Position numbers and translations under genes: made by a program. This document shows, piece after piece, positions 40,377-49,684 of a DNA stretch of 64,000 nucleotides. This DNA comes from a bacterium (GTDB lineage: Bacteria > Electryoneota > Electryoneia > Electryoneales > Electryoneaceae). How positions within the stretch are numbered: position 1 is the first letter of the stretch; each line of letters starts with the position of its first letter. The notes below the pieces were generated by a model. The model saw nothing but the letters and a program-made list of their open reading frames with translations, was not told the origin of the DNA and ran no database searches. The DNA is taken from assembly GCA_963669175.1 (NCBI GenBank), contig OY769902.1, forward strand, positions 1,824,001 to 1,888,000. Direction: 5' to 3'.

Positions 40377-40513
40377 GGCGCTTCTCCTTGTGTTGGAAAA
40401 ATGGAATACTGCTAAGATAGCAGTTCCAACACGACTTGATGCGCCTGTCGTTTAACATAGGAACTCGATTTTATTCCGTCATAATAGAGAATGCCGGGAA
40501 AAGAGGACGGGAT

Positions 40514-40662
40514 CCTTTTCCTCGCGCGCATATGAAACACCAATGCGTTGGGCGTGGCCGGGCTGCTGCTTAACCCTTTTCCTCGCGCGCATATGAAACA
40601 CCAATGCGTTGGGCGTGGCCGGGCTGCTGCTTGACCCTTTTCCTCGCGCGCATATGAAACAC
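40514..40662. repeat. 61-bp tandem repeat, 2.4 copies
   Basis: ccttttcctcgcgcgcatatgaaacac at 40514, 40575, 40636; the intervening 34 bp are identical except for one base. Confidence 0.95.
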
Positions 40663-40819
40663 TCTCGCCGAACTTGTGGGAAAGGAAACTTTCCCCTTTT
40701 TCCATATCCTTATCCTTTATTCCAACCATATGGTTGACCTTTCACTGATCTGGCACATGACCACATGACGGAATAATAATGGGAATCGCTATATCTCAGA
40801 AAATTACTTGAAATTTTAA

Positions 40820-41761
40820 TCATCTATTCCACAACCTCTTCATTTTGGCTTCGAAACTGTTGTATTCGGTCGCCTCTTTTTCCAGATCGCGCAGGTATTG
40901 CTCCGCTGCTTCCTCACCTTTTTTAATCAGGGACGGCAGATCATCAAAGTCGAACATGCTGATATGACGGACGTCCGGCTCGATTATATCATCCGCCCAG
41001 CGCAGGTAGGTCCGGTTGTTACGGACATCCATGATTTCGTTCGCACGTACGACCACATCCACACTACTCTTGAACGGTCCTTCACGATGGACACTGGGAA
41101 GCACATTAACCGCGATGACCCAGTGGGGCGTGTCATTGTTGCGTCGCGGCACCGGGACATTGGCCGTAATACCGCCATCGATCAGCATTCGGTCGCCGAT
41201 GGTAACCGGTTCGAAAATACCCGGAATGGCAGAGGAGGCGGCTGCAGCTATAGCGAGATCGCCGGAATCAAGCACCACGGAACGTCCGCTGTAGAGATCA
41301 GATGCGAGGCAGAGAAACGGAATCTTCAGATCAGCGAAAGTTTTACCTTCGAAAAATTCCTGCAGGAGTTTGATCAGCGTTTTTGCAGGGATCAAACCGG
41401 CAGAACGTGTGACCCAGCCAAAGGTGATCAGTCGCAGGAACACTTCGCCAAGCTCCCAGTTCAGGTTGATTCTGTGTTCAGATTCGAGCATACGCTTCAA
41501 CCCGAGTCGTTTCTGCAAGACGTCCCGAACGAACAGATCTGCAGCTTCTTCAAGTTCTTCCACAGAAGCATGTAGACCGTAAAGACCGCCGATGATTGCG
41601 CCCATGCTGACACCGGTGATCAGGTCCGGTTTCCAGCCATTACGTTCCAGCACCTTGATGACACCGATATGAGCGAGGCCACGCGCCCCGCCACCCGCCA
41701 ACGCCAGCACTTTCGCGCCGCCATCCGGCTTCACCCGGTCAACGTATTTTGAATCCAGCAT
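40820..41761 (-). CDS. Patatin-like phospholipase (RssA/NTE family)
   Basis: GGGARG, GVSMG, SSAIPG, DGG. Confidence 0.93.
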   Translation of the reverse strand: MLDSKYVDRVKPDGGAKVLALAGGGARGLAHIGVIKVLERNGWKPDLITGVSMGAIIGGLYGLHASVEELEEAADLFVRDVLQKRLGLKRMLESEHRINLNWELGEVFLRLITFGWVTRSAGLIPAKTLIKLLQEFFEGKTFADLKIPFLCLASDLYSGRSVVLDSGDLAIAAAASSAIPGIFEPVTIGDRMLIDGGITANVPVPRRNNDTPHWVIAVNVLPSVHREGPFKSSVDVVVRANEIMDVRNNRTYLRWADDIIEPDVRHISMFDFDDLPSLIKKGEEAAEQYLRDLEKEATEYNSFEAKMKRLWNR

Positions 41762-41868
41762 TTTACTCTCTCATTTGTTGCCTTTCCATAATGGTACAAC
41801 CAGTATGAGAGCACGGCAAGATCTAACTCGGTTATCGCGTACCTCATCATCGGGGAGTATATTCAAGT

Positions 41869-42585
41869 ATGGCGAATACTGATGAGCATACGATTGAGCA
41901 GATCCAGACACGGTTCAGGGGAAGCAAGCTGGATTTAACGAGTCTATCCCGTTATGAACAATGGGCTTTGACCTTTTTTCCTGATTCGACGCATATCACT
42001 GATTCCTGTGTGGATATGACTGTGCAGGTGGACATCACCGATGCATTGCAACGGTACCGCACGAGCTCCCTTGCTACGGAAGGAAGCTTTACCGCACGAT
42101 TAACCTGGGCGTTGACTCTTGCTGCCTGCGATGTGGAGTGTTTCTGCTGGCGCAGGCTGGGGGATAGCTGGTACCGGTTTGAGAATCTGCCCCTGTTTTT
42201 TCCGGTCGCCACAGGACGCAAAGAACGGTTTGGCGAAGTGCTGCTTGAAAATGTGTCGGGAATGGAGTGGGCCGAATTTGCTTCAATCTATCAGAAGGCT
42301 ATTTCAAGAGTAATGGAAACGAGCGATGATACATTCAATGCGCTTCCGGAAGCTATCTGGCGGATTGCTATTTTTGTTGGTAACCTGCCCACGCTGCGGT
42401 TTACCTCGCTACGTCCGCATCAATCCGTAGCGAGAACCGGACGGCCGATCTTTTACTTCGGGCAGAGGTACAGGGAAGGCGAACGGGTTATAATACCATT
42501 GGCAGCGTATTTTGATCATGCCAATGCCGACCCGGTCATGCTGACCAAGCTGATCGACCGTTTTCACGAGTATTGCTTAATGTAA
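41869..42585 (+). CDS. Chloramphenicol-acetyltransferase-fold O-acyltransferase-like protein
   Basis: TVQVDIT, P.L.FTSL, PIFYFG.RY, IPLA…DHANAD (HxxxD). Confidence 0.65.
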   Translation: MANTDEHTIEQIQTRFRGSKLDLTSLSRYEQWALTFFPDSTHITDSCVDMTVQVDITDALQRYRTSSLATEGSFTARLTWALTLAACDVECFCWRRLGDSWYRFENLPLFFPVATGRKERFGEVLLENVSGMEWAEFASIYQKAISRVMETSDDTFNALPEAIWRIAIFVGNLPTLRFTSLRPHQSVARTGRPIFYFGQRYREGERVIIPLAAYFDHANADPVMLTKLIDRFHEYCLM

Positions 42586-42629
42586 TAGTATTGTTGCACC
42601 AAAACAGAATTCAGCCAGGGGGAATACGG

Positions 42630-43046
42630 ATGCTGGTAGGCAAAGGAAACCGTCCCGTTTCAGAAGCTCGTTTGTGGACACAGGCAAACGGAGTTTTTAT
42701 CACGTTGAGCGGTATTGTCCGTGTTGATCTGGCCAATGACTGGCTAGACAAGGTGGTGAAAGTCGGTAAGGTTGATTGGCTGATTCTGAATATCGAGCAC
42801 ATGCGGCAGGCGCAGAATGGTGTCTGGCCTTTGGTTGAAGTTGGCGTGAAGAAGCTGCAGAAAAAGGGAGTCAAAAGGATCATTGTTGTATGGTATGACA
42901 AAAATATGTTCGAACAACTGAAAGCCTCGTTCAAGCGCACGGGATTGTTTGAATTGACCGAGTATATTGATACCAGTAAAAGGAAATACGACCAGCGTGC
43001 AGTTACAGAATGGCTGATTAAAAACTGGGATAAGCCGCGAGCGTGA
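42630..43046 (+). CDS. Hypothetical protein, possibly STAS/SpoIIAA-like
   Basis: GGGGG RBS-like sequence before ATG 42630; alpha/beta pattern; no firm motif. Confidence 0.55.
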   Translation: MLVGKGNRPVSEARLWTQANGVFITLSGIVRVDLANDWLDKVVKVGKVDWLILNIEHMRQAQNGVWPLVEVGVKKLQKKGVKRIIVVWYDKNMFEQLKASFKRTGLFELTEYIDTSKRKYDQRAVTEWLIKNWDKPRA

Positions 43047-43347
43047 TCCTGTAGCCGACAGTAGTAACTGTTCAGAATTCATTGCTATCTATAGCCTCAC
43101 AGTTTCAACACGATTCGTTTATTCATCTCCGCTTGTCTCTCCTCAGGCTTGAGGAGGTTTGATCATTCGTATCATTGTCATTTCTCGCACATCTAAATAG
43201 TGGACCGATTCATGTGATCCGGTCCACTGATGTATTGAGCGAACCCATGAATGGTTGTATCTTAATAATGTTGGGAATTGTTGACGAACCTATCCGGTTG
43301 AGCCTTCCAAGATTGAAGCGCCGGCACGGGAACCCGTTGGAGGATAC

Positions 43348-45897
43348 ATGCGGTCGAAGCAGTTAGTTGTAGCAGGAATATTTGTTCTGGGGCTGGTCGG
43401 TTCCATTTTCGCGCAGCCTTATTATTACGGCGCGATTCGGGAAGAACAGTTACCGGATTGGATTCTCGAATCTCCTGCCATTGAGGCGCAGGCAGGGAAT
43501 GAGCTCGATGAATCTGTGTTTAACTATGAGGGTCTTCCCCCTGTCGGTAACCAGAGCAGCCAGGGAAGTTGCACCGCATGGGCCACTGCTTATTATTACC
43601 TGACCTACCTGCAGTGGCAGGAACATGGTTTTGATACTTCTGATCCGGACAACATTTGCAGCCCGGCATTTACCTATAACCTGATCAATGGTGGTACAGA
43701 CAGCGGCAGCATGCCTTCCGACGCCTTCGAGATTTTCGAGAAAATCGGCTGCGGAACCATGTCCGATATACCCTATACCGCATCCAACTGCACCAATTTC
43801 CCCGAAGAAGAGACCTTTATCAACGGCATGGTCAACCGTATTGACCAGACCTATAGCATCAGCACACAGTCGCAGGCTGGTTTACAGACTCTGAAAAACC
43901 ACTTGCTGAACGGCAATATTGCCATGACAGCAATCACAGTCTGGAGCAATTTTAATGAAATCAGCAGCTTCAACTATACTTATTGTGTAAACGATATTTA
44001 TGGTTCCGACCCGGGCGGTCACGCAGTTACCATCGTTGGCTTCGATGACAATTTCGAGACCAGTGACGGTACTGGCGCGTTCCGCATGGTAAACTCCTGG
44101 GGGCCGAGCTGGGGTGATGATGGCTTCTGGTGGATGTCCTACGAAGCTTTCATGAACGATATCATTGGCTGGGGATACGCACTTTACGCCTCTGACCGGA
44201 TTGATTACGAACCGCAACTCTATGCGGCTGCAGAAATCCAGCATTCAGACAGATACAACCTGAGATACCGTGTCGGTGTGGGCGATGTCGATAATCCTGC
44301 TATTGAGGCACTGTATTTCGATATTGGCATGCGAGGGCGTTCCCAGATAGCCTTCCCGGAAGGAAGCCGTTTGATCCTCGATGCAACCGATTTGTATCCC
44401 TACCTGGATGCGAACTCACCGAATGAAGTGTTCCTGAGTATTCAGGATCGTGGCTACAACAATGGTCACAGCGGTAACCTGCTGAATCTGCAGGTAGAAG
44501 ATATGGCCCTGGATTTTCGCGCTATCTCCGGCTATACCCCGATGACGATCCCGGATTACAATGCCTGGGTAACCACACCATTGACCCTGTATTATCGTGT
44601 TGTTCCCCCGGAAGGTTTTGCTGCCGCTGTTGATCTCAGCAACGGTAATGTAAACCTGACCTGGGATACGGCAAACGAGCTGAATGAATTCAACGAATAC
44701 ATGGTGTATCGTGATGGTGAGGAAATCGGGCGCACGTCATCTACCCAGTATGTCGATGAATTGTCCGAGTTCGGCATCTATTCCTATGAAATCGTATCGG
44801 CCTGGGATGAAGCGGTTTCATGGCCGTCAGCAACCGTAGAGATTAACTACATTGAGCCGGTGGAACCACGCTTCACCAACATCGCTTATGTATCTGATGC
44901 GGGCGCTTTCACCCTGAATTGGGATCAACTGCGTGGTGAATCGCTACAGTATGATAACGGCGTTGCGGACGCCAGCTTCTGCCCCAGTAACGAGGCAAGT
45001 CGTGGCGCAATGGTCGCACAGCAGTTTACAGCTCCAGATAACGGCAAAGTCACCAGTGTGGGCGCCTATTTCCGTGCTGAAGAGGATATTCCCAACGGCA
45101 ATATTCGTGTGTACATGATGCGTGATGATAATGGCACACCCGGTGAGAAAATATACTGGGGTGACATTCACACGCCTTCCAGCGAAGAAGGCTGGCGCTG
45201 GTATGATGCGCAGAATGTACGTGTTGCCCTGGATGCCGGTGAACAGTTCTGGCTGGCAGTTGCCTGGTATGATCTGAACTGCACCCGGTTGGGACGTGAT
45301 ATGAGCAGCAATGCCAACGGCACCCAGAAAGTTTCGCCTGACGGTGAGCACTGGGTAACAACCAATGTCGGGCATCCCATGCTGCGTGTGGAATATGGTT
45401 CCGAAGAGCTGGTCGATGACTGGACCGGTCTGCTGGGCTACGATGTGTACATGAACGATGCGCTGGTTGCTGAAGTTGATAACGATACCAAGACTTTCCA
45501 GGGCAATTTTGAGAATGCTGGAGTATATAATTTCCGTATCGTGGCAAACTATCTGCAGGGTGACTGGCAGGGAGAAACCTGGCAGTATGAATGGAATGGC
45601 ACAGAACAGGATGTCGATGATTCCGGTCTACCGTTGGCGTGGGAATTCCAGGGCGCCTACCCGAACCCGTTCAATCCGACCACAACCATCGGATTTACGC
45701 TGAAACAGGCCACAACGGTTCAATTGCGCGTATTCAACCTGCTCGGGCAGGAAGTGGCGCAACTGGCGAACCGGACCATGCGCGCCGGTCAACACCAGGT
45801 TCTTTTCGACGGGCATGGTCTGGCCAGCGGGCTGTATGTGATCCGTTTTGATGCTGGCCCATTGCACGAAACCCGTAAGATTGTCCTGATGAAGTAA
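43348..45897 (+). CDS. Secreted papain-family (C1) cysteine peptidase with FN3-like repeats and C-terminal secretion/sorting domain
   Basis: Signal peptide; NQ..QGSC.AWA, GHAV..VG, NSWG..WG..G; YPNPFNPTTTI…K tail. Confidence 0.92.
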   Translation: MRSKQLVVAGIFVLGLVGSIFAQPYYYGAIREEQLPDWILESPAIEAQAGNELDESVFNYEGLPPVGNQSSQGSCTAWATAYYYLTYLQWQEHGFDTSDPDNICSPAFTYNLINGGTDSGSMPSDAFEIFEKIGCGTMSDIPYTASNCTNFPEEETFINGMVNRIDQTYSISTQSQAGLQTLKNHLLNGNIAMTAITVWSNFNEISSFNYTYCVNDIYGSDPGGHAVTIVGFDDNFETSDGTGAFRMVNSWGPSWGDDGFWWMSYEAFMNDIIGWGYALYASDRIDYEPQLYAAAEIQHSDRYNLRYRVGVGDVDNPAIEALYFDIGMRGRSQIAFPEGSRLILDATDLYPYLDANSPNEVFLSIQDRGYNNGHSGNLLNLQVEDMALDFRAISGYTPMTIPDYNAWVTTPLTLYYRVVPPEGFAAAVDLSNGNVNLTWDTANELNEFNEYMVYRDGEEIGRTSSTQYVDELSEFGIYSYEIVSAWDEAVSWPSATVEINYIEPVEPRFTNIAYVSDAGAFTLNWDQLRGESLQYDNGVADASFCPSNEASRGAMVAQQFTAPDNGKVTSVGAYFRAEEDIPNGNIRVYMMRDDNGTPGEKIYWGDIHTPSSEEGWRWYDAQNVRVALDAGEQFWLAVAWYDLNCTRLGRDMSSNANGTQKVSPDGEHWVTTNVGHPMLRVEYGSEELVDDWTGLLGYDVYMNDALVAEVDNDTKTFQGNFENAGVYNFRIVANYLQGDWQGETWQYEWNGTEQDVDDSGLPLAWEFQGAYPNPFNPTTTIGFTLKQATTVQLRVFNLLGQEVAQLANRTMRAGQHQVLFDGHGLASGLYVIRFDAGPLHETRKIVLMK

Positions 45898-46010
45898 CTA
45901 GGATTTGGATTTACAGGATGAGCAGGATCGCGGAAGGATAGACAGGATAAGTATCCTGAGAGGCTGAGAAAGCACCAGTTCACCAGATACATTTGTTATA
46001 CAGATGAGCA

Positions 46011-46043
46011 GGGATTGACCTTCAGTGGTCAGTCCCTTTTTTT
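46011..46043 (+). terminator. Intrinsic terminator after the peptidase
   Basis: gggattgacc-ttcagt-ggtcagtccc followed by T7. Confidence 0.85.
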
Positions 46044-46094
46044 CTGTTGAACACGGTATGAATCCAGCTTGACTCGACAGCGGTAGCCGGGAAT

Positions 46095-46282
46095 GATACC
46101 CGACAGTGAGCAGTCGGGCCAAACGTCCTGTATACTCTACTTGTAGCCTGGACCGTCCTCTGTCCGGGAGTAAGGATACCCGACAGCGAGCAGTCGGGCC
46201 AAACGTCCTGTATACTCTACTTGTAGCCCGGACCGTCCTCGGTCCGGGAGTAAGGATACCCAACAGTACGCTGTCGGGCCAA
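46095..46282. repeat. 80-bp tandem GTAG-type REP cluster (BIME-like), 2.3 units
   Basis: Unit starts at 46095, 46175, 46255; GTAG plus cccggacc/ggtccggg hairpin alternating with a cccgac/gtcggg hairpin; between convergent genes. Confidence 0.85.
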
Positions 46283-46296
46283 TCATGAAAAATGAT

Positions 46297-48711
46297 TCAC
46301 TCATGCCTCAAATTCATTCCAGGATTTTTCAATGCCGCTCCGATCGTCTGCAATGTTACGACAGCAAGAGTCAACGCCAGCGTCAGCAGGATTGTGGCGA
46401 TATAAATCCAGGCGCCTATGGAGACATGATAGGCAAACTCGCTCAGCCAGCGTTGCATCACATACAGCGATAACGGGACGGCAATAATTCCGGCAAGAAC
46501 AACCCATAACACAAATTCACGATAGAACAGCGACAGGATGGAGTGAACACTGGCGCCCAGCACTTTACGGATGCTGATCTCACGTGAACGTGATTCGACG
46601 GTATAGGTAATCAATCCCAGCACACCTAGAATAGTCAGGAGAATGGCAATGAAACTGAAGATGGTGAAGACCACCTGCGTGTGTTGATCTCGCATGTATT
46701 GATGTGCGAACACTTCACTCATGAAGGTATAGTCGAAGGGTTTGTCCGGCGCCAGGTTGTTCCAGGCGGCTTCCATCCCTTTCAGGGTAGCATCCAGATT
46801 CTCAAGACTTACCCGCACTTTCAGGTAATTCGCAAACGATGTATACGGCAGAATTCGGATGACAACCGGCTGGATTTCATCGTACAAGGCCTGGATATGA
46901 AAATCACCAACCACACCGACCACAGTATAGGTAATAGCATTGTTGTCGGGGCGTGTTTCCAGCAATCTTTGTCCGACAGCTTGTTCCCAGCCAAGGTGTT
47001 TCGCTGCGGCTTCATTGATCAGGATAACATTGCTGTTAGTCTCTTCATCGTTACGGAAATCACGTCCGTCAACAAGTGTCAATCCCAATGTTTTGACAGC
47101 ATCTGCGTCCAGCTCATGCACCCATAACAGCGTATGCTCATCCTCATTCATTTCTTCCGTCTTGAAATTGATACCCATCATGCTCTGGCCGAAGTTGAAG
47201 CGTGACATGCTGACGCCTTCAACCCCCGGCACCTTCAGGAGTTCCTGCTTGAGAGCGTTGGCTTGTTGCTGAAGGGCGTGATCGGTCATCCAGACTGACA
47301 ATACCTGGTCCTTGTCAAATCCAAGGGACTTGTTGGAGATGAAGCGCATCTGCAATTGAACGACGACTGTGCTGGCGAGCAGGGCGATGGTGATCACAAA
47401 CTGGGCTACTACCAGCGTACGCCGCATGGCTGCCTTACGAACACCGGCCGTGGCTGCATTTCCCTTCAAGGTCTGCGTTGGCTGGAACGCACTGAAAACG
47501 ATAGCCGGATACAAACCAGCCAGCATACCCACCAGGATTGCCGCGAGAATGCCAACCATGAAATCGATGGAGCTTTCCGGTGCAGGAATGTGCAATGTGC
47601 CCGAAGTGAAACGGTTCAGCATCGACAGGACGAAATACATGACACCGATCCCTGCGCCAAGCGAGAGCAGCGATAACATCAACGATTCAGAAATGGATGT
47701 GATGAACAGGTTGAACCGTCTTGCCCCGAGTACCTTGCTGATGCCGACTTCACGAGACCGCTCTGAGATTCGTGCGGTGGTCAGGTTGATATAGTTGATT
47801 ACCGCGAGAAGCAGGATAATCGCGGCAATAGTGCTGAACAGGGCCAGGGTGGACCGATTCGCTTTTGAGCCCAGGTGATCCATTACCGGATCATCAAAAT
47901 GTATTGTCTTGACAGAGGTAAGGCTGAAGGTAAAGGAAGCGTGTGCCTGGGCCAGGAATTCACCGAACTGCTCTTCAAAATACTGGTTCATCGCAGCAGT
48001 CAGCGTATCCGGATTGGCGCCCTCGATGAGTTTGATATAGGTATAATCCTGTATCGCAAACCAGTCAGCATTGTTGGGATCAGCTACTTCCAGGCTGGAA
48101 TAGGAGGCCAGAACCGAGATGTATTGAAGATGAGAAGGTTCGGGAAAACCGGAGAAGACGCCTGTTATCTCGTATGGTTCATCCTGGATCAGGAATGTCT
48201 TGCCGATAGGATCTGCATCATGAAAATGACTGTCAACCAGTCTTTGGCTGACGATAACGGTGTTGGGACGATTCAGCGCTTTAGTTGGTGAGCCTTGCAC
48301 CATATTCACGCCGAACATGGCCAGTGCAGATGAATCGGCATAGGTGATTGAGCCATCCAGCCATTTTTCGTCATCCACACGAACCGCACGGGGAGTGCCG
48401 ACTGCTCTGAAGCGGCAGAAGTCCTGAACGACTGGGTAACTCTCCACAAGTTTTGGCCCCATTGGCGGCATAACGCGTCCAAGCAACAGCTCACGTCCGC
48501 CGGTGTTCAGGTTCACGGTTATCCGATACAACGAAGCGACATCCGGAAAGCCGGAATCATGCCGTAATTCGTTACGAACATGCAACATGATCACCCCGGC
48601 AAAGGCAAAGCCGACAGCCAAACCGAGGACGTTGATGAAGGATACCAGGCGGTTACGGAAAAAACGACGAAAGGCCAGCTTGAGACCGATGGGCAGCATC
48701 GTTTCCCTCAT
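46297..48711 (-). CDS. ABC transporter permease (MacB/FtsX-like, duplicated domains); no ATPase in window
   Basis: INVLGLAVG, REVGISKVLGA, LGFDKDQV, REISIRKVLGAS. Confidence 0.92.
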   Translation of the reverse strand: MRETMLPIGLKLAFRRFFRNRLVSFINVLGLAVGFAFAGVIMLHVRNELRHDSGFPDVASLYRITVNLNTGGRELLLGRVMPPMGPKLVESYPVVQDFCRFRAVGTPRAVRVDDEKWLDGSITYADSSALAMFGVNMVQGSPTKALNRPNTVIVSQRLVDSHFHDADPIGKTFLIQDEPYEITGVFSGFPEPSHLQYISVLASYSSLEVADPNNADWFAIQDYTYIKLIEGANPDTLTAAMNQYFEEQFGEFLAQAHASFTFSLTSVKTIHFDDPVMDHLGSKANRSTLALFSTIAAIILLLAVINYINLTTARISERSREVGISKVLGARRFNLFITSISESLMLSLLSLGAGIGVMYFVLSMLNRFTSGTLHIPAPESSIDFMVGILAAILVGMLAGLYPAIVFSAFQPTQTLKGNAATAGVRKAAMRRTLVVAQFVITIALLASTVVVQLQMRFISNKSLGFDKDQVLSVWMTDHALQQQANALKQELLKVPGVEGVSMSRFNFGQSMMGINFKTEEMNEDEHTLLWVHELDADAVKTLGLTLVDGRDFRNDEETNSNVILINEAAAKHLGWEQAVGQRLLETRPDNNAITYTVVGVVGDFHIQALYDEIQPVVIRILPYTSFANYLKVRVSLENLDATLKGMEAAWNNLAPDKPFDYTFMSEVFAHQYMRDQHTQVVFTIFSFIAILLTILGVLGLITYTVESRSREISIRKVLGASVHSILSLFYREFVLWVVLAGIIAVPLSLYVMQRWLSEFAYHVSIGAWIYIATILLTLALTLAVVTLQTIGAALKNPGMNLRHE

Positions 48712-48874
48712 GTGTAGAGATGTACAGGCAAGTTGTGAAAACGCTTTACCATCCTGTTAAGCAATCCATGTGCCTGAAGGTAAATATCGCAAAGGTTATA
48801 AACTATAATGGTTTAGTTTGAGGGTGTGTAACTTTGGAGAATTGGTGGTGTAGCAAACCCCTACATTGTGCGAC

Positions 48875-48906
48875 AAAACAAAACCCGGCATACCTGATGC
48901 CGGGTT
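48875..48906 (-). terminator. Intrinsic terminator after the rubrerythrin-like gene
   Basis: aacccggcat/atgccgggtt stem with T-rich tail on the minus strand. Confidence 0.75.
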
Positions 48907-48931
48907 GGAAACATCTACCCGAAAGCGCGGA

Positions 48932-49456
48932 TCATCCAGCTTCCATGTCGAATTCTTCGAAGCCGAAGAAGTGTCCCAGCCCCTGGGCGGCGTCCAGTTC
49001 AGCCTGAACGATAGCGACATGGCCTTCTTCAATTTCCAGGAAATTCTGGAACATCTGCTGGTTTTCGTCGGTCATCTGTTCCACCATGCGACGGTAGAAA
49101 GCGGAGGTCTGTAATTCCGCTTCGACAGCGGCTTTCAGCATGTCCAGCTCTTTCTCGGTGACTTGGGTGTGAACGGTGCTTTTCAGTCCCTGGACCTGTT
49201 TTTCAATCGCTTCCTTCGGCGGGATCTGGGTCTCAAGAGCGACCGGGTTCACCTTACCCTGGTCTTTCAGTTCCTTCAGACGGTGCTCCAGGTAGTCCAG
49301 GTGCCCCTGTTCCTCCATGGCCAGCACACGAAACACCCGCTTACCAACTTCGTTGGTGGCTTTTTCGAGCGCTTCGGCGTACGTGTCGCGCACTTTGGTC
49401 TCAAATTCCATCGCAGTCTTGATCGCTTCTTCCGGCGTGAGCGTTTTCTCGCTCAT
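48932..49456 (-). CDS. Rubrerythrin-like ferritin-family protein (no rubredoxin domain)
   Basis: Two E…Y…ExxH di-iron half sites (AMEFE…EEQGH; AVEAE…IEEGH); start MSEK after GGGAGG. Confidence 0.85.
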   Translation of the reverse strand: MSEKTLTPEEAIKTAMEFETKVRDTYAEALEKATNEVGKRVFRVLAMEEQGHLDYLEHRLKELKDQGKVNPVALETQIPPKEAIEKQVQGLKSTVHTQVTEKELDMLKAAVEAELQTSAFYRRMVEQMTDENQQMFQNFLEIEEGHVAIVQAELDAAQGLGHFFGFEEFDMEAG

Positions 49457-49684
49457 GGCAACCCTCCCAAGTGGCATCCGTCAGATCGATAGGATCTCGT
49501 ACGGATGAATGATGTATTTTTCAACGTTTTGTTTGCGCTAAAATAGTTCCTGATAGTCTTACCGTTCTCAATTAGAGATAGAACTTCCATTCTATGAACG
49601 TCTTTATTTTGTGGCGACTTTAACAAACGCTTTCTTTGACCACCATCATTCAGAAATCATTATTCAATTATTCAGCAGGAATTC

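Larger units (their letters stand above)
39092..40465 (-). mobile_element. IS110-family (IS1111-type) insertion sequence, apparently complete
   Basis: CT core at 39092-39093 and 40464-40465; sub-terminal inverted repeats ctatgtaaac / gtttaacatag; joined ends give TTGACT-N17-TATGTT; non-coding region 3' of the transposase. Confidence 0.9.

Noticed and set aside
40514-40662. CRISPR array (61-bp period, GTGTT-starting repeat) or TIGR array
   Set aside because: Spacers are identical but for one base, the repeat has no hairpin, there are no cas genes, and the adjacent protein is a full IS110 transposase with its own guide RNA
43462-43472. Second target for the IS guide (attCTcgaatc, 11-nt match) in the peptidase gene
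   Set aside because: The left half matches poorly; a match of this length is plausible by chance in 64 kb
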